From the NCBI GenBank assembly GCA_965224705.1, contig OZ245056.1:160001-224000 (forward strand): a DNA stretch of 64,000 nt, in the 5' to 3' direction. The notes under the pieces were generated by a model. That model saw nothing but the letters and a program-made list of their open reading frames with translations, did not search any database and was not told the DNA's origin. The position numbers and the translations under genes were made by a program. Positions within the stretch are counted from its first letter, which is position 1, and the number at the start of each line of letters is the position of its first letter. Positions 31,039-42,738 of this stretch are shown here, one piece after another. Source of the stretch: Spirochaetaceae bacterium (lineage in GTDB: Bacteria; Spirochaetota; Spirochaetia; DSM-2461).

Positions 31039-34008
31039 TTATGGTTTATCTGCTTCTTTTTTTTCCACCCAGACACGGCCATTTGTACCATCCATCACAA
31101 TGCTTACAGGCTCTTCCAATACACTGCGGACGACTGTTCCCGAGTTAATTCTGGTTTTTTCAAGAACATCCCAATCAATGAAATCACTATCTTTTTCTGT
31201 GGCAATGTGGGCATACCCGACACCCAATGCCACCAGATTGTGAAAAAAATGAGAGCCCTGGGAAGGTTCAGGATCAGAATGACCCCGGATTACTTCCACA
31301 ATGAGTTTTGCCTGACAGACCTGGGCCCAGGAAACCGGAATTCCTAAAAATCTATCCCGACTTCCCCAACGGCCCGGACCGATAAGAATTGCATGCCGTG
31401 ATTCTTCGGCCAATTTTTCCATTATCTCACTTATCTGATCTCTGAGTAATTCGGTTCCCGATGGGTCGTATAATTCAGGGTTAACCCAGATAATGTCTGA
31501 TATGCCCTTTATGATCCCATGTCCAAGAGCCTTTTCTGACCGCAAAATCAGCTGTGAATCTTCAGGAAGATCCGGCATGAGTGCTATTGAACCAACCTGA
31601 GAGACAAGGGGACGCACCTGGAGCAGTGAAAAGACAGCATTTTCCGATGAATCTCCCTTCCAGTCCAGCGCAAATTCCAATTCCACTGGAATTCCCATTG
31701 CTTTACGGGAAATCTGCAGCAGATAATCCAGCAATGGAGCAAGGGGAAGCCAGTCATAAGACAAAATATCTTTATAATCCACTACCCGTGGTCCATGGAA
31801 TTCGGTTCCATCCACAAGGCGATGGCCAATAGAATCCCATGTGGAAACAATGTGCTTGAGTACCCGCAGTTTTTCGCCATCCCTGATACTTAAACGCTGC
31901 AGGGTACTCCCTTCCCCTTTTGACATATCAATATGATCCAACTCTGGCAGGCATTTCAACGCCCAGAAATATGCCTGCCCCTCTCTCCAGCGATCTTCTT
32001 CTGTACCCCAGGGGACGGTGGGATACCTTGGACAAAACAGGTACCCCCGATCTCCCTCAACAACTGATCGGCCAAGTCCTACAGCAATTCTGGAGGCACC
32101 ATCTTCCCTGTCCATGGGACCAATTGGATAGTAATTAAGGGACTGGGCTGTCCCTGAGAGGCGGGGGAACCAGAAGTCGCCATTTTTACTTCCAGCCAGC
32201 CTCTGTATTACAACGGCCATTTTTTCTTCATCCCTCCCGACACCCAGAGCCTCCCGATATCTTGCGGCTTCGATTGAAAAAGTACTGGCCCACACAAGCT
32301 TCACCGCATCGCAGAGAAGTTTTACTCGATCATTGGAATCGGCTTCACCGGGGATCATGTAGGTATCGTAAACACCGGCAAAAGGTATGGATTGAGAATC
32401 CTCCAGAAGAGTGGAAGATCGAACGGCCAGAGGACCTGTTTCCCTCCTTGAAAAGATGCTGAGAACTTGAATGAGTTCTTCTGCAATCGGGGCTGCAAGG
32501 AATGCCCTGTGAAGCTTACTGTTTTCCAGATCAGACTCAACAGGCAGATCACTTCCATCCAAAAACCTGTCAAACTCCCCTGTCGCAATGATGAGTGTTC
32601 TGGGGATTTCAACGGTAAGAGGATAAAACTTCTCCCCTGGAAGTATGGCATGAAGGAGGGAATTAAAAAAAGCCAGACCCCTGCCTTTACCTCCAAGGGA
32701 ACCACTCCCATACCTCACAACCGCTCCCGAAGCACCAGGATCTTCAAAGCTAAAGTCTATTACCCGGCCGCGATGGCGGGCTACTCTCACCTCTCTGAGA
32801 ATCTTTGAGAAAAAAGCTCTTCGTTCTTCCGCATCAGAAAAATCTTCCATACGCACAGGTTTTATTTGCCGAACCACACTGAATTCACCACGGGCAGCCA
32901 TCCAGCGGGAGAAATCATTCTGATCGGCATGGTGGAGGAATGATTCTGATGGCAGGGAATTGATCGCTATTTCAAATTCTCTGAGAGTTCGTACCCGCCG
33001 GAGAGGTTCACCTCTGGGATTTCGAAATATGAAGTCTCCAAATCCCAGTTCTTTCAGTATGAACTTTCGTATACCTCGATGAAGATCACCCGCCAGTTTC
33101 CCCTGAAAACGGGCACCATATGCTTCAGCTTTCACAGCCAGACTGTCATCTGATGATTGAAAAAGAACCGGTACACTGATACCCATCTCCCGAAAACGTT
33201 CTATCAGTGAAAAACCCGCACTGGAATCGATCTTCCCATTCCGGGTAAAGGAAATATCGGACACGATTCCAATGAGTGCATCCCTGTAGGTTTTCCCAAT
33301 TGTAAGTGCTTCAATCCAATCCCTGGCTAAAAGGACTTTGGGTCGGGTTCTCATACGCCAGTACTTATCCGTATCGTTCATTTCTTCCGCTATAAGTCGT
33401 TGGGTATGAGTCATTATCTGAGCATACAGCAGGGGCAGGTAGGCTGAATAAAATGGGACGGAATCTTCCACAACAAGCAGAACGCCTACTTTTCCATCAC
33501 TGGTGTCATTGGGTGAATTACGCTTATCTTCAACGAATTTAATCATGGCAAGGAACAACCGCGAATCACCGGTCCATACAAAATGGGCATCGATCAGTTT
33601 TCTGTTATCGTAGTTATCAGTATTGGTTGTGAACTCACTTCTTGAGGAATACAGCATTAAAACAGTCAGCTCAGGATGGAGGTTTTTTGCCATTTCAGTC
33701 AGCTCAACAGGCGATAGATTCCCGGTTCGCGTACCGATGATCATTAAATCAAATTCCCTGTTCTTCAAGTTCTCCAGAGCTTCATCTCCATCAGCCACAG
33801 TAATAAGCCGCGGTACGGTTGTGAGGTTGAGCTGATGGTACTCTCCAACTATTTGATCTGAGAGCTTGGCATCGTGTTCCAGAATCCATGCATCATAATG
33901 GGGGAGGACCAGAAGGACATGCCGAATGCGCCATTGCATGAGTTCATGAAATGTATCATCGCCGAATTTTAATTTATCGAATGCGGTATTGAGATCAATA
34001 TTGTCCAT
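31039..34008 (-). CDS. Receiver-domain / PEP-pyruvate-binding (PPDK_N) fusion protein
   Basis: N-terminal receiver-like domains, GSLGGKGRGLAF, AVRSSTLLED, FAGVYDT, GLGRSVVEG, GPGRWGS and SQGSHFFHNL motifs. Confidence 0.88.
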   Translation of the reverse strand: MDNIDLNTAFDKLKFGDDTFHELMQWRIRHVLLVLPHYDAWILEHDAKLSDQIVGEYHQLNLTTVPRLITVADGDEALENLKNREFDLMIIGTRTGNLSPVELTEMAKNLHPELTVLMLYSSRSEFTTNTDNYDNRKLIDAHFVWTGDSRLFLAMIKFVEDKRNSPNDTSDGKVGVLLVVEDSVPFYSAYLPLLYAQIMTHTQRLIAEEMNDTDKYWRMRTRPKVLLARDWIEALTIGKTYRDALIGIVSDISFTRNGKIDSSAGFSLIERFREMGISVPVLFQSSDDSLAVKAEAYGARFQGKLAGDLHRGIRKFILKELGFGDFIFRNPRGEPLRRVRTLREFEIAINSLPSESFLHHADQNDFSRWMAARGEFSVVRQIKPVRMEDFSDAEERRAFFSKILREVRVARHRGRVIDFSFEDPGASGAVVRYGSGSLGGKGRGLAFFNSLLHAILPGEKFYPLTVEIPRTLIIATGEFDRFLDGSDLPVESDLENSKLHRAFLAAPIAEELIQVLSIFSRRETGPLAVRSSTLLEDSQSIPFAGVYDTYMIPGEADSNDRVKLLCDAVKLVWASTFSIEAARYREALGVGRDEEKMAVVIQRLAGSKNGDFWFPRLSGTAQSLNYYPIGPMDREDGASRIAVGLGRSVVEGDRGYLFCPRYPTVPWGTEEDRWREGQAYFWALKCLPELDHIDMSKGEGSTLQRLSIRDGEKLRVLKHIVSTWDSIGHRLVDGTEFHGPRVVDYKDILSYDWLPLAPLLDYLLQISRKAMGIPVELEFALDWKGDSSENAVFSLLQVRPLVSQVGSIALMPDLPEDSQLILRSEKALGHGIIKGISDIIWVNPELYDPSGTELLRDQISEIMEKLAEESRHAILIGPGRWGSRDRFLGIPVSWAQVCQAKLIVEVIRGHSDPEPSQGSHFFHNLVALGVGYAHIATEKDSDFIDWDVLEKTRINSGTVVRSVLEEPVSIVMDGTNGRVWVEKKEADKP

Positions 34009-34042
34009 TCCACATCATAGCATGAAAAGGACTGATTGGAAC

Positions 34043-35158
34043 CTATAAGTCCTGCAGTAGTATTGGCGAAGGTTCTTCGCTTACACCATGTCTTTCAGCA
34101 AATTGCCTTAGAAGATCTTTTTCCCGGCCGTTGAGGCGCTGAGGAATATTGACTTTGAGCTTGACGATGAGGTCGCCGCGGCGGTTTTTATCGCCATGAA
34201 TCGGGACTCCTTCCCCACGAATACGCAGCATTTTCCCATCCTGAGTTCCACCGGGGATCTTGAGCCGTATGCGCTTGTTATCCAGGCTGCGAACCCAGAT
34301 TTCGGCTCCAAGAGCTGCCTGAGTCATGGCAAGGGGGATGACACAGTACAGGTCATACTCATGCCGTTCAAAGTACTTATGATCCCGTACATGAATGTAG
34401 ACATAGAGATCGCCGGGAGGAGATCCTTTGGGGCCATGGTTGCCCTGCCTTTCAAGACGCAAACGCCTTCCCGGGTCCATCCCCGGCGGAATGGTAACTT
34501 TGATTTTCTGGTGAACCTGACTGGTACCGCTTCCCTTACAGTTCCTGCAGGGATCGTTTATAACCGTGCCTTCCCCTGAGCAGGAGGGACAGCTGGTGGC
34601 AATTGAGAAGAATCCGGAATTCCGTCTAACCTGCCCCGATCCTCCGCAATGGGAACAGGTTCTCACTCCTTTCCCGCCAATACCATTACAGGAATCGCAG
34701 GCTTTGAGTTTATTGTACTCAAGTTCGACTTCCACACCGAAAACTGCCTGATGAAAGTCTACACGAATGTCCTGCCGTAAATCGCTGCCGCGGGAGCGGC
34801 TGCCCGATGTGCGGCGACTGCTGCCCCCGCCAAAAATGGACTCAAAAATACCGCCAAAACCCCCAAAATTATCCCCAAAGATATCTTCAAAACCACTGAA
34901 GGCCGATGCGTTAAACGATGGTCCATCCATTCTATCCACGCCTTCAAAACCATACTGATTGTAGGCCTGGCGTTTTTTATCATCAGAAAGAACTTCATAG
35001 GCTTCCGTTGCTTCTTTGAATCTCACTTCAGCCTCAGGATTATTCTGATTGCGATCTGGATGATACTTTATCGCGAGTTTACGATAGGCTTTTTTTATTT
35101 CTTCGGTTCCGGCATTTTGAGGAACTTCAAGAACCTCATAATAATCTCTTCTTGCCAC
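34043..35158 (-). CDS. dnaJ: Chaperone DnaJ
   Basis: J domain with HPD, G/F-rich region, four CxxCxGxG repeats. Confidence 0.98.
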   Translation of the reverse strand: MARRDYYEVLEVPQNAGTEEIKKAYRKLAIKYHPDRNQNNPEAEVRFKEATEAYEVLSDDKKRQAYNQYGFEGVDRMDGPSFNASAFSGFEDIFGDNFGGFGGIFESIFGGGSSRRTSGSRSRGSDLRQDIRVDFHQAVFGVEVELEYNKLKACDSCNGIGGKGVRTCSHCGGSGQVRRNSGFFSIATSCPSCSGEGTVINDPCRNCKGSGTSQVHQKIKVTIPPGMDPGRRLRLERQGNHGPKGSPPGDLYVYIHVRDHKYFERHEYDLYCVIPLAMTQAALGAEIWVRSLDNKRIRLKIPGGTQDGKMLRIRGEGVPIHGDKNRRGDLIVKLKVNIPQRLNGREKDLLRQFAERHGVSEEPSPILLQDL

Positions 35159-35164
35159 ACAATC

Positions 35165-37072
35165 CTACTTATCTTCATCGACAACTTCATAATCCGCATC
35201 TTCTACATCTTTGTCAGTACCCGCATCGCCCGCTTCGGGGGTGGCTTCATTTTCAGAACCATGATCAGCAGGCGGGGTTTTATACATCTCTTCGGCCAAT
35301 TTCTGAGATGCCGCCGCAAGAACCTGGGTCTTTTCCTTTATGGATTCAGTATCCCCTGTTTGCACAGCATTTTTCAGATCGTTAATCGCAGCTTCTATGG
35401 AAGCCTTATCGTCACTGCTCACCTTATCCCCAAAGTCACTCAGAGCTTTTTCTGACTGATATATCAATGAATCGGCGTTGTTGCGTACTTCAGCCGCCTC
35501 CCTTGCAGACTTATCCGCATCAGCATTTGCCTCAGCTTCCTTCACCATCCTGTCAATTTCCTCCTCGGATAGGCCGCTGGAGGATTCAATTCTGATTTTC
35601 TGTTCCTTTCCGGTTCCCATATCCTTGGCAGAAACATGAACAATACCATTGGCATCAATGTCAAATGCCACCTCTATCTGAGGAACACCGCGAGGTGCGG
35701 GAGGTATTCCCGTCAACTCAAACCGGCCTAAAGTCCTGTTATGGGCGGCCATATCTCTCTCACCTTGAAGGACATGAATCGATACCGCCGGCTGATTATC
35801 AGCGGCTGTGGAGAAAACTTGACTCTTTTTTGTTGGTATCGTTGTATTCTTTTCAATAAGCTTGGTAAACACGGCACCCAGAGTTTCAATACCAAGGGAC
35901 AGAGGCGTAACATCCAGCAAAAGGACATCATTGACATCGCCCCCAAGTACCCCCCCCTGGATGGCAGCCCCCATGGCCACAACCTCATCGGGATTCACAC
36001 CACGATGAGCTTCTTTTCCAAAGATTTTTTTCACGGCTTCCTGCACAGCAGGTATACGTGTAGAACCGCCTACAAGAATGATTTCATCTATATCCGAGGC
36101 CTTATAACCAGCATCTTCAAGGGCCTGGATACAGGGGCCTTTGGTCCTCTCCACCAATTCAACCGTCATTTGATCAAACCTGGCCCTGGTCAAATTATAC
36201 TGTAGATGCTTCGGTCCAGAGGAATCTGCTGTTATAAAAGGAAGATTGACATCCGAACTCTGAGTTCCTGAAAGCTCTTTCTTGGCTTTTTCCGCGGCTT
36301 CTCTCAGACGCTGGAGTGCCATTTTATCCTGGGAGAGATCAATCCCCTGATCCTTTTTGAATTCACTTACAAGCCAGTCAATGATTTTTTGATCAAAATC
36401 GTCGCCGCCCAGATGTGTATCCCCATTGGTTGACCGCACTTCAAACACACCGTCCCCAAGATCCAGTATGGATATATCAAAGGTACCGCCACCAAGATCG
36501 TACACCGCAATTTTTTCTTCCTTCTCATGCTTGCCAATACCATAAGCCAGGGCAGCGGCTGTCGGTTCATTGATGATGCGTTTCACTTCAAGACCGGCAA
36601 TTTTGCCGGCATCCTTGGTAGCCTGGCGCTGAGCATCATTGAAATAGGCCGGTACCGTAATAATAGCCTCTGTCACTTCCTCGCCAAGATAACTCTCAGC
36701 GGTCTTCTTCATTTTCTGTAGAATCAGTGCGGATATTTCCGGCGGTGAATAATCCTTGTTCTTGATGCTTATCTGCACAACATCATTGGCACCTTTTCCA
36801 ACAGCATAGGGTACCATGCTCAATTCTGAGCCAACCTCACCGAATCGCCTACCCATAAATCTCTTTATCGAATAGATTGTATTAACTGGATTGGTAACCA
36901 TCTGGTTTTTGGCCGCCTGTCCCACAAGACGATCATCTTTATCAGTAAAGGCCACCATGGAAGGAGTCGTTCTGGCTCCTTCATCATTCTGTATGACAAT
37001 GGATTCGCTCCCTTCCATGACTGCGACACATGAGTTAGTTGTTCCGAGATCAATTCCAATAATCTTGCCCAT
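35165..37072 (-). CDS. dnaK: Chaperone DnaK
   Basis: [17 protein letters not shown] and DLGGGTFD motifs. Confidence 0.99.
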   Translation of the reverse strand: MGKIIGIDLGTTNSCVAVMEGSESIVIQNDEGARTTPSMVAFTDKDDRLVGQAAKNQMVTNPVNTIYSIKRFMGRRFGEVGSELSMVPYAVGKGANDVVQISIKNKDYSPPEISALILQKMKKTAESYLGEEVTEAIITVPAYFNDAQRQATKDAGKIAGLEVKRIINEPTAAALAYGIGKHEKEEKIAVYDLGGGTFDISILDLGDGVFEVRSTNGDTHLGGDDFDQKIIDWLVSEFKKDQGIDLSQDKMALQRLREAAEKAKKELSGTQSSDVNLPFITADSSGPKHLQYNLTRARFDQMTVELVERTKGPCIQALEDAGYKASDIDEIILVGGSTRIPAVQEAVKKIFGKEAHRGVNPDEVVAMGAAIQGGVLGGDVNDVLLLDVTPLSLGIETLGAVFTKLIEKNTTIPTKKSQVFSTAADNQPAVSIHVLQGERDMAAHNRTLGRFELTGIPPAPRGVPQIEVAFDIDANGIVHVSAKDMGTGKEQKIRIESSSGLSEEEIDRMVKEAEANADADKSAREAAEVRNNADSLIYQSEKALSDFGDKVSSDDKASIEAAINDLKNAVQTGDTESIKEKTQVLAAASQKLAEEMYKTPPADHGSENEATPEAGDAGTDKDVEDADYEVVDEDK

Positions 37073-37689
37073 TATTCAACTCCTTCTTCGATTATTTCTT
37101 CTGGTACTACTCTGGTTTCATTGCTGCTTTGAATTGGTTTGACAACTATAACTTTCGCTGGTCGAAGAACTCTGTCATACAGTCGATATCCAGCCTGCAG
37201 CACCTGTTTAACCATGGCATTATCCACCTCTTCTGATTCTTCCATCATCATAGCCTCATGAGCCAGAGGATCAAAGCCTCCGCCAGGTTCAGCGATGCGC
37301 TGTAAATGGTACTTATCTGTCAGCATTCCAATGAACTGCTTCCCTATCATTTCAATACCTGCATGAAAAGTATCAAATTCCCGTGATTTAACGGATGATT
37401 CAATGGCTCGTTCAAAATTATCAATCACCTCTGCAAGATCCTTCAATATATCCTGGTGACGATATTTATGATCTTCCTGTTGTTGTTTCACCAGCCGCTT
37501 CCTGGTATTCTGCATTTCCGCAACCATCCGCAATTTTGAATCCTCAAGTTCAGCTATTTTCTCTTTCAAAACCTGTGACTCTTCAAGATCTGCGGACTTC
37601 CTGATATCTGTAGATTCATCACAAACAGCCTGTTCCTGATCACTGTTTTCTACTGCTTTCTCGTCCAGGCCCTTTTCTCCATCATTCAT
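37072..37689 (-). CDS. grpE: Nucleotide exchange factor GrpE
   Basis: [17 protein letters not shown] and [14 protein letters not shown] motifs; upstream of dnaK. Confidence 0.97.
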   Translation of the reverse strand: MNDGEKGLDEKAVENSDQEQAVCDESTDIRKSADLEESQVLKEKIAELEDSKLRMVAEMQNTRKRLVKQQQEDHKYRHQDILKDLAEVIDNFERAIESSVKSREFDTFHAGIEMIGKQFIGMLTDKYHLQRIAEPGGGFDPLAHEAMMMEESEEVDNAMVKQVLQAGYRLYDRVLRPAKVIVVKPIQSSNETRVVPEEIIEEGVE

Positions 37690-37873
37690 TAACTATGACT
37701 ACCTCTTATAAATCTAATTTCCTGCATTTTTCTGTGGCTTAAAATACTCAAAAGCAAGAATTACGGTCAAGTAAAACAGATATTAAATTAATGATACGAA
37801 AATATCAAAGAAAAAATGCTTTCCACACAAAAAAACATTGTCGCTCTCACACCTTTGTACTACAATGTAGTTA

Positions 37874-38179
37874 ATGGTACGCAAAGTTTTCTTGAATGGA
37901 CAGGTAAGAACACTTCTGGTTCTTGAGGATCAGCAGGATGAGCCGGTTTTCAACCCGATTCTTGAAACTCTCAGCGAACAGGCAGAGCGTATAGCAAGTC
38001 TGGAAGCCCAGAATAGAGAGTTGATCAGACAGGAAGAAATTCTCATCCAGCTGGTGGAAATAACGACTCAAACAGGAGAACTCATGTCCCGCAGCCTGCG
38101 GGCCTTAAAGAAATTGGAAGAAAGCCTGCAAAGTGAAGAACTCCTGGCCATGAGTCTTAAGGATCATGATTCCGAATGA
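37874..38179 (+). CDS. Hypothetical coiled-coil protein
   Basis: 101 aa L/E-rich ORF filling the gap, divergent from grpE. Confidence 0.6.
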   Translation: MVRKVFLNGQVRTLLVLEDQQDEPVFNPILETLSEQAERIASLEAQNRELIRQEEILIQLVEITTQTGELMSRSLRALKKLEESLQSEELLAMSLKDHDSE

Positions 38180-38190
38180 TCGCAGATTTC

Positions 38191-41100
38191 TCACTTCTTA
38201 TTCCCTGGCATTAGATTCAATATCAGTTCAACTTCGCTGCGACTGATTTTTGTATAGTTGGCAATTGTTAGCGGATCCCAATTCTGTTTAGCCAGTCTCT
38301 CTATCATTTCCCGAGTGCTCATATCCGGCAAACCCGGATCTTTCCTGTTATCCTGTCGGGATAGAGAACCAAGCAGCCGAATGTGCTGCTGCGTTTCTGT
38401 ATTAATCTCCCCCAATCGGGTTTCTGCCCTGGCCAACCATTCCCTTACCTTTCCAAGTTCTTCCAGACGGGAATCCAGTTCCAGAATGGTGGAGTCCAGT
38501 GTTGCAACTTTATCAACAGCCGTATCTATTCTTTTCTTATTATCCGTTATAATAGCCTGACGTTTCGCTACTTCCTTCATGTGCTCCTTCATGGAAACGA
38601 GGGAATCACCAATCTTCCTGATTGAATCTTCCAGTTCAACCATCTGTTGAAAATTACTGTCGACTCCCTCAGTCGTTTTATCAAGAACCCTGGTCGTTGC
38701 CGATAGTCGGTCATACTGCTGAGTCAGATCCTTCTGTAGATCTTCCAGTTGTTTCAACCGAACCTGGAGATCCAGCAATGTGTCATGTGTGTCATTAACT
38801 CTGTCCAGCTTATGCTCTATCGATTCAGACAAACCACTGATTCGGGCTATCTTCCCTTCAAGGTTATCAACTTTTTGCTGCTCAGTTAAAAACCGGCTCA
38901 TTTTTATATTGACATCAGAATAAAGACTCATTACATGTTCATATTGCTGGCTGATTTCCTGGATCTCCACACGGCTTGATCCGACAACTTCGATTTGGCG
39001 TTTGAGTTCCGCAAGATCTTTTTTCAGATGTCCCTTTAACTCATCAGCACGTTTAAATATTCCAGTTTCAGCAATGAAGTCTTTCTGCCTCCTGTCGATT
39101 TCGTTAAGATTCTCAGACAGCCGCATGCTGTCTTCATCTATACGGCTGATCATTTCATTTCGAGAGCTGTCGATACGACTTCGAGAATCCTGAACCAATT
39201 GCTTTAGATCTCTAATCTTGCGCTCTAAATCACTTTTTGTTTCCTGGGAATTTCTTCGGAACTCAAGGAGAAAACTGTCTTTTTGCTTCTTGAGATCATC
39301 CATGGTTTCCTGACGTTTTTCGATAAGTTCGTCTGACAGAGAGTCAACCCTTTCCCTCATATCAGATAACTCCTGGACAATAACAGTTCGTTCCCCATCA
39401 GATTCCAGAATTAACTGCTCCGTACGGCCTTTGAACTCATCCTGGATATCGGTAATCCTGGTAGTGAAATCCACCTGCAGCGTATCAACACTTTCCATCA
39501 CATTCCGTTCTGATTCTGACATCTGCTTATTGACACGAATCTTCCAGTCATCATTGTTATTCTGGATTTGCTGCATTTTATTGGCCAGATCTTCCTTCCA
39601 TTCTTCCATTTCCCGGGAAAAGTCCGTTATTTCCTGCTTGATCATTGCAGCAGATTTGGACAGCATTTCATCAATTTCGCCTTCCATTGAACCAAATGCC
39701 TCATGGAATTCAACAAGGGCAGATTTCTTTTCTGCGGCGAGTTTTTCCGACAGTGATTCTCTGAATTGAATTATTTCTTTCTCGGAAATCTCAATTCGTC
39801 CCGTCAGGGAAGCCTGTAATGTATCAACCTGAACCTGAAAGGCATCGATCTGATTGAAGACATGGGACTGTAGATCCGCAAGCTTCTGTTTCAATTCGGC
39901 AGAATGCTGCTGTTCGGTTATATCTCTTTGCCTCACAGCCTTTAAACTCAGCTCTTCTATTTCCAAATCCGCATTTCTCTGCCATTCATCAAGGGATTCC
40001 TTCAACTCACTGCTTCTATTTTTAATGTCTGCAAAGAAGCTGTCCTCGAAGTCCTGCAGCTTCTCCGAAACATTGTCATAAGCACGTTCCTTCAGGCTGT
40101 CCAATCCTTTTTCAAGATCTGTCATTATTCGGCGAATTCGTATGGACTCTTTTTCAAGATCTTTATTCTCATTCTCCCTTTTCACTCTCAATCCGTCATC
40201 AAATTCCTTATATACAGCCTTGAAATCTTCCACTGTCTTCTGTTGAGATGCCTTCAGACTTTCCGCAAGAACATCCATGTCATGGATGAAACCTTCAATG
40301 TGCTTGAAGCGGTTTTCAATTTCTTTTTTATAATCAAACTGGTGATTTTCAATGGATTCCAGCATTTTGCTTTCTTTCTTGTGGAAAGAATCGACAAATT
40401 GAACTTCCAGTTCATCCAGTTTTTTATCAAGTTCAGTCACATTTGACTGGATGTGTTTCTCTGTTTCTCTCAAGATTTCATCAAAACCGTCAGAAGTAAC
40501 TTGAATACGTTCCTCAATGTATTTATCCGTGTTTGAGACTTCAGTATCAACAAGTTCCACAAGTCTGCTCACATCCGAATCAATTTTTGAAGAAATAGAA
40601 CTCACTTCATCTTCCATGTATTTGTTGAGACGGCTCAATTCCAGGCGGAGATTTTCTTCGGTTTCCCTGTTCAGTCTGTCAATACTGGATTCCATATGTT
40701 TTTCAAGATTGGCCATGCTTTCATCAGAAGAAACCGCTGTCGACTGAACACGTTTTTCCAATTCCTGCAACTCATTGAACCGATTATCCAGTGTGATGGA
40801 GACCATCTGCAATTTCCTTTCTAAACGACTTTCAATGCTACTGGATTCTGCTTGAAACCGTTCCTCCAGTTCAGCCAGATTTATATTGAAACCCTCTTCA
40901 GCCGATTGAACCTGTGCGTCCAACTGTTTTTCAAGGTCACTGGCATCTGAACTCATTCGCTGTTCCAGTTCCTGCAATTCCTTGAAGCTATTACCAAAGT
41001 CGTTGGAGACTGTCTTCAATCGGTCATTAATGTGCGATTCCAGTTTCCCTGTGTTGTTCTGTACTCGTTCCTTTACTTCTTCAAGACCTGCATTGAATCG

Positions 41101-42738
41101 GTTCTCCGCAGACTCAACATGTTCATCAATCTGCTTATCAAGTTTATCAATACGGGATTTCATGTGTTCTTCCAGTCGACTGTCAAACTTTTTAATGCTG
41201 GATTGTACCTTATCCTGTAATTCCATAAGACTGGATTCAGTGCTATCCGAAGCGGACTGCACCTGCTCTTCCAACACCTTCAACTCATCCAGATCGGTAT
41301 TGAAATTATCCGATGCGGACTGAAGCCGTCCTTTGAGCTGGCTTTCAAGATTGTCCGTTTCCGTTTGCAGCTGCTCCTGGATTTTTACAAGTTTTATCTC
41401 ATGTTCACTGGACATCGCTTCAACCTGATTTCCCAGACGATCCTCTAATTCAGTGACATCTGATTGTATCTGTTTTTCCAATTCTGTCAGGTTAGAATCT
41501 GAATCCAGGGAGATTGTCTGAATGCGCCCTTCCAGCTCACAAATCTGACTGTAGCTGGTTTCAATACTCTTTTCAGAGGATTGGATGCGGACTTTGAGGC
41601 GATTTTCAAGTTCGTCTACACTGGTTTGCATACTGTCTTCCAGATCTACAAAACCAGTATCAAAATGACCTGCGGCATGCCGTATTCGTTTTTCCATTTC
41701 TTCCAATCTGTCGTCACAATCAGCTGAAACTGCCTGCAGATGCTCATCCATTTCCTTCAGTTTTAAACGAGAATCATCAGATGCAGCAGAGAAAATCTTT
41801 TCCAGTCTCTCATCAAAAGTACTGGTTCTGGATTGAATGCTCTCTTCCAATTCTTGAAACTGATTTTTTACGGTATCCATATCATTGCGTGTTTCCTTCA
41901 GCTCATCCTGAATACTTGCTGCAGTGGACGATATCCTGTTTCTGAGCTCATTGATTCCTCCAAGCCATTTTGCTTCCAGGCGCGATGCATCGGAATCTAT
42001 CTTTTCCTTGAGAGCAGAGAAAACATCATCCTCCAGTTGTAATCCCTCCTCAGCGGTTTTCTCCCGCCGTTTATTGAAAACAGTCTCTACCTGAGTCAAA
42101 CTGTCCTGATATGCTGCAATTCCAGCCTGCATTTCTCCATCTCGCTGCGTATTGAGATTGTCCAGTTTTTCCTTATATTGAACTAATTGACGGTCAGTAT
42201 CGCTGAGATCGTCACGAAGGTTGAGGATTTCACTATTGAGATCGGCCAGAACTTCGCTGCGGAACGCTGCAAAGCGTGCTTTATCTTTTTCTTCAAGTGA
42301 AGAGAATTTCTCCCGGATATCATTCAATCGCCCACCGACTTCATCCACATATATCGATTCATCTTTCAATCGAGACAGATTTTCATCAACTCTGAGAGCT
42401 AAATCATTTAATTCATCAAGCGCACGCTCATGAACTTCTATTTGCTTCACTCTATCTTCAAGTTCATCGGTACGCATGATGATTTCATTCCGTGCATCTT
42501 CAATATGTGAATAAATTGTTTTGTTTGTTTCTTCCTGCACTTCAAGATCGAGGAATGAGTTGCTTATTCCATCAGTTTTCTGCTTGATCCATTTATCAAG
42601 TTCACTTTTGGTTTTCTCAGCATAACTTCTGACTTTCTTAAGAGATCTCCCTGTTTTGTCAAAGCGCTTGGACAGGTAAAAAGCAATGCCTACACAAATA
42701 ATAATGAGGATATCTCCGCCATCAAAAAAGAAAGTCAT
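38191..42738 (-). CDS. Large spirochete coiled-coil protein (SpiroCoCo-like)
   Basis: N-terminal TM followed by DKTGRSLKKVRSY, about 1400 aa of acidic coiled coil, C-terminal HTH-like end (IANYTKISRSEVELIL). Confidence 0.85.
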   Translation of the reverse strand: MTFFFDGGDILIIICVGIAFYLSKRFDKTGRSLKKVRSYAEKTKSELDKWIKQKTDGISNSFLDLEVQEETNKTIYSHIEDARNEIIMRTDELEDRVKQIEVHERALDELNDLALRVDENLSRLKDESIYVDEVGGRLNDIREKFSSLEEKDKARFAAFRSEVLADLNSEILNLRDDLSDTDRQLVQYKEKLDNLNTQRDGEMQAGIAAYQDSLTQVETVFNKRREKTAEEGLQLEDDVFSALKEKIDSDASRLEAKWLGGINELRNRISSTAASIQDELKETRNDMDTVKNQFQELEESIQSRTSTFDERLEKIFSAASDDSRLKLKEMDEHLQAVSADCDDRLEEMEKRIRHAAGHFDTGFVDLEDSMQTSVDELENRLKVRIQSSEKSIETSYSQICELEGRIQTISLDSDSNLTELEKQIQSDVTELEDRLGNQVEAMSSEHEIKLVKIQEQLQTETDNLESQLKGRLQSASDNFNTDLDELKVLEEQVQSASDSTESSLMELQDKVQSSIKKFDSRLEEHMKSRIDKLDKQIDEHVESAENRFNAGLEEVKERVQNNTGKLESHINDRLKTVSNDFGNSFKELQELEQRMSSDASDLEKQLDAQVQSAEEGFNINLAELEERFQAESSSIESRLERKLQMVSITLDNRFNELQELEKRVQSTAVSSDESMANLEKHMESSIDRLNRETEENLRLELSRLNKYMEDEVSSISSKIDSDVSRLVELVDTEVSNTDKYIEERIQVTSDGFDEILRETEKHIQSNVTELDKKLDELEVQFVDSFHKKESKMLESIENHQFDYKKEIENRFKHIEGFIHDMDVLAESLKASQQKTVEDFKAVYKEFDDGLRVKRENENKDLEKESIRIRRIMTDLEKGLDSLKERAYDNVSEKLQDFEDSFFADIKNRSSELKESLDEWQRNADLEIEELSLKAVRQRDITEQQHSAELKQKLADLQSHVFNQIDAFQVQVDTLQASLTGRIEISEKEIIQFRESLSEKLAAEKKSALVEFHEAFGSMEGEIDEMLSKSAAMIKQEITDFSREMEEWKEDLANKMQQIQNNNDDWKIRVNKQMSESERNVMESVDTLQVDFTTRITDIQDEFKGRTEQLILESDGERTVIVQELSDMRERVDSLSDELIEKRQETMDDLKKQKDSFLLEFRRNSQETKSDLERKIRDLKQLVQDSRSRIDSSRNEMISRIDEDSMRLSENLNEIDRRQKDFIAETGIFKRADELKGHLKKDLAELKRQIEVVGSSRVEIQEISQQYEHVMSLYSDVNIKMSRFLTEQQKVDNLEGKIARISGLSESIEHKLDRVNDTHDTLLDLQVRLKQLEDLQKDLTQQYDRLSATTRVLDKTTEGVDSNFQQMVELEDSIRKIGDSLVSMKEHMKEVAKRQAIITDNKKRIDTAVDKVATLDSTILELDSRLEELGKVREWLARAETRLGEINTETQQHIRLLGSLSRQDNRKDPGLPDMSTREMIERLAKQNWDPLTIANYTKISRSEVELILNLMPGNKK

